Part shown: positions 8,433-19,108 of the stretch, in pieces
How the letters are laid out: the number at the start of each line of letters is the position of its first letter
How positions within the stretch are numbered: position 1 is the stretch's first letter
NCBI GenBank assembly: GCA_017546265.1
Contig: JAFYXG010000007.1
Location: 3,211-67,210 of the forward strand
DNA: 64,000 bases
Origin: Alphaproteobacteria bacterium
GTDB taxonomy: Bacteria > Pseudomonadota > Alphaproteobacteria > Rs-D84
Reading direction: 5' to 3'
Translations under genes and position numbers: made by a program
Notes under the pieces: generated by a model
Told to the model about the DNA's origin: nothing
The model's input: the letters and a program-made list of their open reading frames with translations, nothing else
Database searches by the model: none

Positions 8433-9701
8433 TTACTGATTCATGGAACTAAAAAAGTCCGCATTTGTTTTTGTCATTCGCAATTTATCCAACAGGAATT
8501 CCATTGCCTCTAACGTACCCATCGGGTTAATAATACGCCGCAATACGTACATTTTGGACAGAATATCTTTGCCCACCAGCAAGTCTTCTTTACGTGTACC
8601 AGATTTGGTAATATCAATCGCCGGATACACACGTTTATCAGACAACTTACGATCCAGAATAATTTCACTGTTTCCTGTACCCTTGAACTCTTCAAAGATA
8701 ACTTCATCCATCTTAGACCCAGTATCAACCAGCGCAGTTGCAATAATAGTCAACGAACCGCCACCTTCGATATTACGTGCCGCACCAAAGAACCGTTTTG
8801 GACGTTGTAATGCATACGCATCAACACCACCGGTTAAAACCTTGCCACTGGATGGAACACATGTATTATATGCGCGTCCCAAACGCGTAATAGAATCCAA
8901 CAAGATAACAACATCCTGACCAGCTTCGACCAATCGCTTTGCCTTTTCTATAACCATCTCGGCCACCTGAATATGACGTGCGGCAGGTTCATCAAATGTA
9001 GAAGAAATCACCTCACCCTTAACACTGCGTTGCATATCAGTAACTTCTTCGGGACGTTCATCTATCAACAACACAATCAGTTTAACATCAGGATAGTTTG
9101 TTGCAATACTGTGTGCAATATTCTGCAGCATAACGGTTTTACCCGTACGTGGTGGTGCAACGATTAAGGAACGTTGCCCCTTGCCTGTGGGTGAAATCAA
9201 GTCAATCACACGTGCCGACAGATTACGTCCACGATCTTTATCATCTTGCACTTCCATCTTTAACTGTTCATCGGGATACAAAGGGGTCATATCATCAAAC
9301 GAAACACGATGTTTTAGTTTTTCTGGATTTTCCCCATTAACGCGTTCGATTGTTTCCAACGCGAAATATCGTTCAGTTTCCGCAGCCGGTGCCTGAATTT
9401 GTCCTTCGACATAATCGCCTGTCTTTAACCCATATTTTTTAATCAACGCGGGCGACACATACAAATCATCGGGTCCCGCCAAATAGTTTGATTCAGGTGC
9501 ACGCAGGAACCCGAAACCATCTTGCATACGTTCCAACACACCATCACCAATCAGTGTAATTTTTTTATCAGCAGCATAGACACGCATAACTGCGAACCGC
9601 AATTGTTGCACATTTAACTGAGATGGATTTTCAATACCCATATCCTCTGCCATTTTCAGCAGTTGCTGTGGCGACTTAGCCTTTAATTCATTTATATGCA
9701 T
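8433..9701 (-). CDS. rho: Transcription termination factor Rho
   Basis: N-terminal [25 protein letters not shown], a cold-shock-like RNA-binding region (GFGFLR), Walker [13 protein letters not shown] and ...[12 protein letters not shown]. The start is set at ATG 9701 (AAAGGA SD upstream) rather than 9752. Confidence 0.95.
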   Translation of the reverse strand: MHINELKAKSPQQLLKMAEDMGIENPSQLNVQQLRFAVMRVYAADKKITLIGDGVLERMQDGFGFLRAPESNYLAGPDDLYVSPALIKKYGLKTGDYVEGQIQAPAAETERYFALETIERVNGENPEKLKHRVSFDDMTPLYPDEQLKMEVQDDKDRGRNLSARVIDLISPTGKGQRSLIVAPPRTGKTVMLQNIAHSIATNYPDVKLIVLLIDERPEEVTDMQRSVKGEVISSTFDEPAARHIQVAEMVIEKAKRLVEAGQDVVILLDSITRLGRAYNTCVPSSGKVLTGGVDAYALQRPKRFFGAARNIEGGGSLTIIATALVDTGSKMDEVIFEEFKGTGNSEIILDRKLSDKRVYPAIDITKSGTRKEDLLVGKDILSKMYVLRRIINPMGTLEAMEFLLDKLRMTKTNADFFSSMNQ

Positions 9702-9778
9702 AAAATATCCTTTTGGAGAAATACTGGGCACGAACGCACCCGTCATGCCCAAAATTATATACTAAATTGACAAAAAAG

Positions 9779-10267
9779 TCAAGTTTTTTTCAATTTAACC
9801 ACATCAATACCACATTCTTTATAGCATTTCCGCCATCCACCGGGGCGTGAATCTTTATACTCTTTCTTATCCAAACATGCATTTTCGGCACGTGTAATCC
9901 ATGCAACTGTTTCCCGTTTTACAATTTTATAAGCGGGCGTATTACTATTCAATACTAAATCTTTCAATTCACGTATCGGCACACAATGGTCCCGCATAAA
10001 CCATTTGCGACCTGGATCACGTTTTTTTGCCGTCTGGTTATCCCATGTCATATCCGACAACGATATTCCACGTTTACTGGCAATATCCAACGCCGCACGC
10101 GACGCATAGTCTGCATAATGACAATCCGATGCCTTGCGCAATATTGAATCCAGAATGTTACGCGAAAACTCTTCATATTCTGGAAATTTACGATGTTGTT
10201 CACGCACAACTGATATCAGTTCTTCCACATAATCTTTGGGATAGCCCATCAAATTTTTAATCTCCAT
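9779..10267 (-). CDS. Hypothetical protein, possible His-Me finger nuclease-like
   Basis: A 162 aa ORF with an AAGGGA SD. The strings RDHCVPIREL ... VAWITRAENACLDKK loosely resemble a (D/E)H..P ... N ... N..K nuclease motif. I recognise no family. Confidence 0.5.
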   Translation of the reverse strand: MEIKNLMGYPKDYVEELISVVREQHRKFPEYEEFSRNILDSILRKASDCHYADYASRAALDIASKRGISLSDMTWDNQTAKKRDPGRKWFMRDHCVPIRELKDLVLNSNTPAYKIVKRETVAWITRAENACLDKKEYKDSRPGGWRKCYKECGIDVVKLKKT

Positions 10268-10321
10268 GAAATATCATTCCCTTTATCTAAACAAATCCCC
10301 CATTCGGGGAATCTGATATCA

Positions 10322-13300
10322 TCAGAATCTGTACGACCCAGATATTTTTATATTATGCAATTGGATTGCGTCATTATACTGATACCTGTAATCCAATCCG
10401 AACTGCAGTCCATTTGCACTTAACATTTCAACACCTGCACCAATATTCGCCCACAGTGGGTCAATTTCTGCATCATAATGCGTAAATTCATCTGCCACTA
10501 CAAACTTATACTTTACATCGTTTGGTGTACCGGCCAAATCATATTCGATACCAACCGATGCATAAGGTCTGATTTGCAACCATGCAGACGGATAAATACG
10601 TTTTTGTGCCATCAACGAATATCCTGGTGTCAGGATAAAGTATCCATTCGATTCCAAACGCATATAATCACTGCCTGCAGCCTTTTCCTTGACATCGAAT
10701 CCAAAGTTATATCCAGCACGCGCATACAGATTCCCAACCACATACTGATTCAAGATATCATGCATCAGTCCCCATTCAGAAATCAAACTGAACGCCGAAC
10801 CATCACCATCAATTGTGTTCATAAATGTCTGGAATCTGTCCACATCCAGGATATGTGCATCCAAGAAAGCATTACCATATAGACGTGCCTTTTCATTCAA
10901 TATCTTCATCAAATATCCACCTACACCGATATTTGTATCAGAAACTTCCAGTTTAACATCACCCATAACATTTTCATGACCCGCATAACTTAAATCCATA
11001 GAATCATGACTGTCAAACGAAGTACGAGACACACGACCGGTCAATCCCAATACCAGGGTATTCGATTCTTGCCAGTCGAAACCACCCGCGATACTGAAAC
11101 GATGTCCATCTGCATGCTTGCCATCGTCTATATTCTGGTATGCCATACCAAAGTCAACATCCACCCAAGCCTTTTTCAGATTACGATTTCGATTCCAAAT
11201 AAATTCATCAAACATACGGTCTTCAAAATTTCTGAACGAAGTGTGTTCATTCAACGAAATCGCCCCAACGATTTGTTCCAGTTCACGCACCTGGAACAAT
11301 CTGCTGAACCGAGCCAATGCTTCACCATCACGATTCATTGAATAATCTTCCATACGATTATACAGTTCATTTGCCATCGTTGACAAATTTGTTCCATCAA
11401 AGATTAACGGAATAGCCTCGATTGGTGTTTTATTAAAGAACTTTTTATTCACCAACTGCCCTGCGATCATATTATCCAATGCCCCTGCAGCAACATATTC
11501 CCCCATTGTGTGCGGGTCTTGACGTCCAACAATTGGCTGAATTTTAAACACTTCAACAGGCCCGCCAAAACGTGGATCAAATACGATATACAGACTGTCC
11601 GCCGAACCATCATGGTCAGAATCACGCACAGCAATATATGCCGGCAGTTCTTCATCAGAACCATTTACATCTTTACCATTTTTAACTGTAATAGAATCCA
11701 GGTAATCAAAACACAAACTGCCATCTGCATTACAGAAACTAACATTCAAATTACGGATTTTTGTTGCCAAATCTTTCACACCTTCATTTGCATGCAAGAA
11801 CCAAATTGCAGTTCCCTGGTCAACCATATCAAAGATGTCGATACCGATCTGTGCATCAGACAATTTACCATCACTGGTCAGTGTTCCCAGATTATGCAAA
11901 TCAGATTCAAATTTGCCACCGACTGTAATCAGTGCCTGACCGCCCTCTGGATTTGTAATCTGTCCCAATGTATTATCATCATTCAAACTAACACTGGCCC
12001 AGTAATTAATATCTGTAGTATACGCACCATCACCAATGGTATACGGCAAAATCGCTGCGTTAATACGACTGCCATCGTTGAACATATAATCCCCACCGAT
12101 TGTCATCTTTTCCAGTCCAATAAAATCTACATCACCAGAAACACTGACACCAACGTTTACATTCATCCAGTCTGGTGTAATACCATCCGACAACTTCTGT
12201 GCAAAAAATGACAAATCATTGGCCACAATATTACCACTGACATTAACATCACTGGTATTCACAGCCAGTTGCCCATCTTGGTCAATTCCAGAAACATTTA
12301 ATCCTGCGGTTGTGATTTCATACGTATCAGAAACAATATTTATATCCTGACCAGTTAACACATCGGCATAGTTCTGATATAACATTGCCCCTGTATTTAT
12401 TGCACCAGTCATCGCCAACCCGGCACCATCCAAAATCAAATTTCCGCTGTTCATTGCCAATTCGCTAAATTCCAGTACCCCAGCACCAGAATCTATTGTT
12501 ATAACACCGGAATCATTTGTAATATTACCAAATACCAAACCACGTTCTGCGTTAAATGTAATATTGCCCGCATTGGTCAAATCGCCTGCACGCACAGTAT
12601 TCCCAACATTAAATACTGACGTTGCACCATCTGCGACATTGACATCCCCTGTGATATTCAACACCGAACCAATTTCATATGTTGTATTACCTGAATTTGC
12701 GATAAAATCACCACCCAGTGTCAGATTATTTGCCGCAAAATCAGTGGCATTCAGGTTCAACATACCTGCTGTTCCACCCTGCACAACATCGCCCGACACA
12801 TTAACATTTCCTGACACAGAAACATCTGATGCGTTCAAACTCATTTGTGTTCCAGCGGCACCATTTACAACCAAACTTTGCATATCTATATCACTGGTTG
12901 CCAAACTGACAACACCACCCGTCTGATTCACCGCCGCGACAGTAATGGTATCTGCCGCAGAAACATCAAAACTTCCCGCAGTATTTGCAACATTTCCTAA
13001 ATCAACAGAATCAGCAGCAACTAAATTAGCTGTCCCAGAATTTGTAACTCCCGCGACATTGACATTATCCGCACCAATTTCCAGATTGCCAGTATTTGTT
13101 ACCACACCATTTACTTGCAAATCTCCGGCAGCCTCCAAATTCAAACTCCCGTTGTTCGTAACAACACCACCGATTACAATTTCATCAGCTGCATTCATTG
13201 TCAGCACTTTACCCGCACCAACAGACACAGCCGCAACTGAAATATCTGCACCCGCCCCTGTCGTCTTAATTGTCAGTGCATTTGTATCCTTTACAACCAA

Positions 13301-15526
13301 TCCATTTTCTGGCTGACTTGGATCACTTGCTGGGTCAAAATACAGATTGCCATCTATATCTATATTTCCTGCATCCGCGGTCAAATTCGCCCCATGAACT
13401 ATGAACTTTGAATTACCAGACATGCTGCCCACAAACAAATCATTGGCCACAGATTCAAAAACACCGCCATCATTTACGGTTAAATCACCACCAACCTTAA
13501 CATAAGAGCCCGAATTCATCCCCAATGTTAACATACCTTTATTTGCAACGGTCGCCCCCCCCACAACGTTAATCAGTGCAGAATCAAACTGAACATTACG
13601 AACAACATCATCAGCACTTGCGATAATATCGCCGTCAATCTGTATTGCATTTGCAGACATCACAAATGGTTGCGTACCACTGTGTGCCACATTCAAATTT
13701 CCAGCCGCTTCATTTGCAACATTACTTGCGACAACATCACCAGCAACCTGAACACTGCCATCGACACTCAAATTCGCCAAACTGTCACCTAGATTCAGTG
13801 TACCACCGGCCACGGTCAGGGTATTAGTAATCCCCACACTTCCCGCCAATGCGTTCAGATTTACAACACCACCTGCCGCATTTATGGCACCAATCTGTAC
13901 AGAACCACCACTTGTATCGGAACCACGCACTTCGGTTGTACCACTGTTATTGGTAATCATACCACCAACACTGACATCTTTTGCCCAAATTGTAGTTGTT
14001 CCAATTGAATTTGTCACATTACCAGAAACACTGACACTGCCGCTTGGTGCAGTCAAAGATGAAATTGTCAATTCTGCACCTGTTCCAGAGTTTGACACAG
14101 ACGCGACATTAACTGAATTACCATTCAATGTCATTTTACCATTATTAGAAACGGCCCCTGCAACGGTCACCCCCCCAGAAGCAATCAAATCAGTACTTGT
14201 ACCACTGCCCCCAACGACTTGATCAGTCACTGTGATATTTCCAACAGTTGCATCACTGGCAGGTGCCACTACATCCCAGCCCGAAGCCAAATCTGCAGCC
14301 TTGACCACCAACGTCTGACCTTCGTTTCGCACTGTACCAACATTAACATTTTCCGCCAACACAGACATATTAGCATTGACATTGGCCTGGCCATCGACAT
14401 TCAACCCATTCAAGATTGTAGTTACATCAACATTTCCATCACGAATCGCCAAACTGAACGAATCCAAATAGTTAGAAAAGGCATTAAACCAGGTCAAAGT
14501 TGGTGCATCGTCCCCAAATGTCAACGTACCAGTATCCAGATTGAAGACATTATCAGTGCCCATACCACTTAAATTCATACCCCATTTAAAATAAGTATTC
14601 CCCTTGACCGTGGCATACATATTTCCCATATTTACGAATGAATATTCAGACAACGATCCCCCATCTACAGACCAACTGTCAACATTCAACGTTGTGGTTG
14701 CATTAGTCGACTCATTTGTCATAGTTCCATCAACTGCAAAATCTTGTCCAACCACTTCAAAATCACCAGTAGACTTATTTTCTACATTTCCAGAAACTTC
14801 GATATTTCCAGATGCACTCAGCATCATTTTACCATTGTTATTCTGTACAGTACCATCAGATACGATATCTCCACCTGCGACAACAGAGGTATCACCTGCA
14901 CTGTTTGCGACCAGTCCATCAAATTCCACATTTTCTTTTGCGTTAATATCCATAACCCCGGCATTCGCGTTAATCAGTCCAGCATCCATGGAATTCACAT
15001 TTGCAGTCATATTTCCATATGCAATTACAGACCCAGCAACGGTTAATTTATCAACACCTTCGATATTCAGATTTGCGGTCTGAGATGCATCACCGATTTT
15101 AATTCCCTCGTTTGAAGCACCACCACCAACCGTCAAATTATACAACGTTGGGTTCGAATCAGACGTTTTAAATCCCAACGTTTTACCATTCAGCACCTGT
15201 AAAATAGAACCAATAGAAACATCACCTGTTGACACCACAGTAAACGGATTCTGCACAGTATCCAGCACATATAAACTGCCCGAAATACTACCCTGGTCTG
15301 TAGGCATACCAACAAACATATTATCTGCAATTGCAAATCCATTTTGCGAATTTATACCATTTACATTTGCACTATTAATTGTAATGGTACTTCCTGCACT
15401 GATTGCATCCGTCCAGGAACTTTGTTCCGTAGAAACCGAATTTTGACCAACTTCTGGGTTAACAACAACAGCCCCTGCACCAACAGGCAACAGGCAGCAA
15501 ACAAAAGAAATTATCTTTTTTATCAT
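10322..15526 (-). CDS. Giant autotransporter outer-membrane protein (1734 aa)
   Basis: Signal peptide MIKKIISFVCCLLPVGAGAVV and a passenger of about 1300 aa rich in G/N/V/S/T with degenerate beta-helix-like repeats (VSVSGNVTNS, DVNVSGNIVAN, VTNNGSLNLEA). The C-terminal beta-barrel domain ends ...IKISGSYRF, with the terminal aromatic residue typical of OMPs. Confidence 0.9.
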   Translation of the reverse strand: MIKKIISFVCCLLPVGAGAVVVNPEVGQNSVSTEQSSWTDAISAGSTITINSANVNGINSQNGFAIADNMFVGMPTDQGSISGSLYVLDTVQNPFTVVSTGDVSIGSILQVLNGKTLGFKTSDSNPTLYNLTVGGGASNEGIKIGDASQTANLNIEGVDKLTVAGSVIAYGNMTANVNSMDAGLINANAGVMDINAKENVEFDGLVANSAGDTSVVAGGDIVSDGTVQNNNGKMMLSASGNIEVSGNVENKSTGDFEVVGQDFAVDGTMTNESTNATTTLNVDSWSVDGGSLSEYSFVNMGNMYATVKGNTYFKWGMNLSGMGTDNVFNLDTGTLTFGDDAPTLTWFNAFSNYLDSFSLAIRDGNVDVTTILNGLNVDGQANVNANMSVLAENVNVGTVRNEGQTLVVKAADLASGWDVVAPASDATVGNITVTDQVVGGSGTSTDLIASGGVTVAGAVSNNGKMTLNGNSVNVASVSNSGTGAELTISSLTAPSGSVSVSGNVTNSIGTTTIWAKDVSVGGMITNNSGTTEVRGSDTSGGSVQIGAINAAGGVVNLNALAGSVGITNTLTVAGGTLNLGDSLANLSVDGSVQVAGDVVASNVANEAAGNLNVAHSGTQPFVMSANAIQIDGDIIASADDVVRNVQFDSALINVVGGATVANKGMLTLGMNSGSYVKVGGDLTVNDGGVFESVANDLFVGSMSGNSKFIVHGANLTADAGNIDIDGNLYFDPASDPSQPENGLVVKDTNALTIKTTGAGADISVAAVSVGAGKVLTMNAADEIVIGGVVTNNGSLNLEAAGDLQVNGVVTNTGNLEIGADNVNVAGVTNSGTANLVAADSVDLGNVANTAGSFDVSAADTITVAAVNQTGGVVSLATSDIDMQSLVVNGAAGTQMSLNASDVSVSGNVNVSGDVVQGGTAGMLNLNATDFAANNLTLGGDFIANSGNTTYEIGSVLNITGDVNVADGATSVFNVGNTVRAGDLTNAGNITFNAERGLVFGNITNDSGVITIDSGAGVLEFSELAMNSGNLILDGAGLAMTGAINTGAMLYQNYADVLTGQDINIVSDTYEITTAGLNVSGIDQDGQLAVNTSDVNVSGNIVANDLSFFAQKLSDGITPDWMNVNVGVSVSGDVDFIGLEKMTIGGDYMFNDGSRINAAILPYTIGDGAYTTDINYWASVSLNDDNTLGQITNPEGGQALITVGGKFESDLHNLGTLTSDGKLSDAQIGIDIFDMVDQGTAIWFLHANEGVKDLATKIRNLNVSFCNADGSLCFDYLDSITVKNGKDVNGSDEELPAYIAVRDSDHDGSADSLYIVFDPRFGGPVEVFKIQPIVGRQDPHTMGEYVAAGALDNMIAGQLVNKKFFNKTPIEAIPLIFDGTNLSTMANELYNRMEDYSMNRDGEALARFSRLFQVRELEQIVGAISLNEHTSFRNFEDRMFDEFIWNRNRNLKKAWVDVDFGMAYQNIDDGKHADGHRFSIAGGFDWQESNTLVLGLTGRVSRTSFDSHDSMDLSYAGHENVMGDVKLEVSDTNIGVGGYLMKILNEKARLYGNAFLDAHILDVDRFQTFMNTIDGDGSAFSLISEWGLMHDILNQYVVGNLYARAGYNFGFDVKEKAAGSDYMRLESNGYFILTPGYSLMAQKRIYPSAWLQIRPYASVGIEYDLAGTPNDVKYKFVVADEFTHYDAEIDPLWANIGAGVEMLSANGLQFGLDYRYQYNDAIQLHNIKISGSYRF

Positions 15527-15596
15527 TTTTTCTTTTCTTCCAATCTTTATTTAGTTTACATTATGCCACAATTACACTAGACTAGGCAAGTCTTAA

Positions 15597-16883
<1,287 letters not shown>

Positions 16884-16941
16884 TTTGGCTGACAAATAAG
16901 AACAAGGGGGGGGCAAATCGCCCCCATTACATTATATAAAT

Positions 16942-17148
16942 ATGGTAAAGACGGCAGAAATTTTATTGTATATAAAATATGTGATTGGCACCCTGCTGGT
17001 ACTGGTGGTAATATTGGCCCCTGCATGGTTGGCCCGTCAGAACGGCCGCGGCAAACCGGACATGCACGCAGTCCGTCTGGCCAGTTGGGTATTTGGTTGG
17101 TCAATTATTTCATGGCTGTGGTCATTATTTTGGGCCACCAAGAAATAA
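16942..17148 (+). CDS. Small membrane protein, superinfection-immunity (Imm)-like family
   Basis: 68 aa with two TM segments. The pattern LAPAWLARQNGRG...ASWVFGWSIISWLWSLFWA resembles the Imm_superinfect pattern as I recall it (FxPxxIAxxR ... LGWTxxGWxxALxWA). Confidence 0.55.
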   Translation: MVKTAEILLYIKYVIGTLLVLVVILAPAWLARQNGRGKPDMHAVRLASWVFGWSIISWLWSLFWATKK

Positions 17149-17191
17149 ATTATCTGTCGAACAAAACATCCCCCAAACGGGGGATGTTTAT

Positions 17192-17443
17192 TTAACGTGT
17201 ATATGCCAGAATATCTTCCAGTTTCACCCCAGAAAACAGGCACCCATTGCCACGTTGGAACGGATTAAACACAACCTGCTCTGCTGTTTTTTCAGTTTTT
17301 TCAACTGGTTTTGTTGCAACAACTGGTTTAACATTCAACTGTTCATTCAGATTATATTTTTTAACAATACAATTCCCTGCAAAGGTGCATGTATTAGTCT
17401 TATCATCTAAATGTGCACATTCTTTACCCATACAAAATGCCAT
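17192..17443 (-). CDS. Small hypothetical Cys-containing protein
   Basis: An 83 aa ORF starting MAFCMGKECAHLDDKTNTCTFAGNCIVKKY (4 Cys in the first 25 aa). It is flanked by stem-loops at about 17168-17186 and about 17529-17545. Confidence 0.45.
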   Translation of the reverse strand: MAFCMGKECAHLDDKTNTCTFAGNCIVKKYNLNEQLNVKPVVATKPVEKTEKTAEQVVFNPFQRGNGCLFSGVKLEDILAYTR

Positions 17444-17550
17444 CTTAAAATCCTTTTTGTTTTTTAATTACCGCAGCAAACAATAGCACATTATTTTATT
17501 TTGTCAAGAGTTTGTTACAAACAAAGGAACCGCCATTTTGGCGGCCATCT

Positions 17551-18408
17551 TTACATTAACCCAAACGAAGTAATATAGTTAAAGGATATACCCATAATAA
17601 AATTACTGCCATAGACATCTACGCCACGGGCACGTGCCAAACGATATTGCACATACGGCCCCATAGTTAGATCACCCCACAGATTTGTGTCCAAACGCAC
17701 AACCGCACTTAAATCGCGTTCCAGGTCAGTTGCCACAAATTCAGAATAACTAAGATATTCACGATAGTACCCATTTGTCGAGAATTTTACCCCATCGCGA
17801 ACCTGATATTCTAAACGCCACCCCAATTCAGCTGCCAATTTACTGACCTTTTCATTTGCATATGTAAAGTCATATTCATACACTCCCGTCAGGTACAAAC
17901 TTTTAATAACCTTATTGTCAAACAGTGAAATACCCGCATTTGCACGAACGACCTGCTGACGCGGAGTATCATCACTGGTCACAAATTCAGTATCATACGC
18001 CCCACGAACTGTCGGACCAAACTTCAGCCCAGAAAAATCCCAACACGCATATGACAAGTTACTGGACAGCAGAATATCATCGGCATTTTCACTGGTTGTT
18101 GGCAACTCGTTATACGGTTTCAGTTTTGTTTCACCATATTCCATAAACAAACTGTTATCCCATTGGAATCTATTTTTATTATACACCAGTGCCGTATCAA
18201 ACACCCCCTTAAAGAAATCTTGACTGTCGGCTTTTAATGCAGAAATGGGCGATTCCTGGTATTCATCAGCATGTCTGACATCGGTTTTTGACCATTCCAA
18301 TCCAATACGCCGCACAGCCAGCACCAGTTCATTTTTTTCAGCCACTTCATCAGCCATTGCCATACATGGCACCAATGACATTAACAAAACCCAAGAAACT
18401 TTTTTCAC
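17551..18408 (-). CDS. Putative outer-membrane beta-barrel protein
   Basis: Likely GTG start at 18408 preceded by GGGAGA. Signal peptide KKVSWVLLMSLVPCMAMA, then alternating amphipathic beta-strand pattern throughout (LEYQVRDGVKFSTNGYYREY, FIMGISFNYITSF). Confidence 0.6.
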   Translation of the reverse strand: MKKVSWVLLMSLVPCMAMADEVAEKNELVLAVRRIGLEWSKTDVRHADEYQESPISALKADSQDFFKGVFDTALVYNKNRFQWDNSLFMEYGETKLKPYNELPTTSENADDILLSSNLSYACWDFSGLKFGPTVRGAYDTEFVTSDDTPRQQVVRANAGISLFDNKVIKSLYLTGVYEYDFTYANEKVSKLAAELGWRLEYQVRDGVKFSTNGYYREYLSYSEFVATDLERDLSAVVRLDTNLWGDLTMGPYVQYRLARARGVDVYGSNFIMGISFNYITSFGLM

Positions 18409-18476
18409 AACATCTCCCTTTTTTCTTTTTCCGTTGCAGAATACCGTAAAAAACAAATTATTCAAGGAAAATTGTC

Positions 18477-19094
18477 TTATTTCCAAATTTTCAAATTCCC
18501 ATCAGAATTTGCATACCTCCAACCGGTCTCTCGCAGTGCAATAGTAAACCGTCCGCGTACAGACTTTGGCAGATTCAATATTGCAGTCCCCTGCGACAAA
18601 TACCGCACATTTAAATCGAACTTTTCCGCACGAGCTATCTGATTTAATTCCACCCAGTTTTTCAAGCCATTTGACATATTAACCTGAACAACAAAGGTAT
18701 CAACACTTGTCCCATCTGGAATCCAATTTTGCACACCATTTTCGGTCAGCCACACACGTGCCGCATCGGCATCCAGTACCATGGTAATATTGGCAGAATA
18801 CGCAGTATCAGAAAACTGTTCACCATCTATACTAGACGCAGCAATCAAATTCATCAACTCAGCATTTTTTGCAGCCCCAACTGCAGAGTTCAAGGATGTT
18901 ACATCTGCATATTGCCGCAAAGCACCGACAATAATCTGCCGCCGAGCATCATTAAAAGCCTTATTTTTTGCCGCCGCAGCGGTATCACTGGTCACATTGA
19001 CAGGCACTGTCCCCTGCAACTCAACAGCCATTGCAACATCAAAAAATGTTACAATGGCCAAAACCGCACCGAACAAACACTTACACAAATTCAT
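18477..19094 (-). CDS. Secreted/periplasmic hypothetical protein
   Basis: 205 aa with signal peptide MNLCKCLFGAVLAIVTFFDVAMA. I recognise no family. It is the middle gene of a three-gene same-strand cluster. Confidence 0.6.
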   Translation of the reverse strand: MNLCKCLFGAVLAIVTFFDVAMAVELQGTVPVNVTSDTAAAAKNKAFNDARRQIIVGALRQYADVTSLNSAVGAAKNAELMNLIAASSIDGEQFSDTAYSANITMVLDADAARVWLTENGVQNWIPDGTSVDTFVVQVNMSNGLKNWVELNQIARAEKFDLNVRYLSQGTAILNLPKSVRGRFTIALRETGWRYANSDGNLKIWK

Positions 19095-19108
19095 TTTTTA
19101 CACAAACC

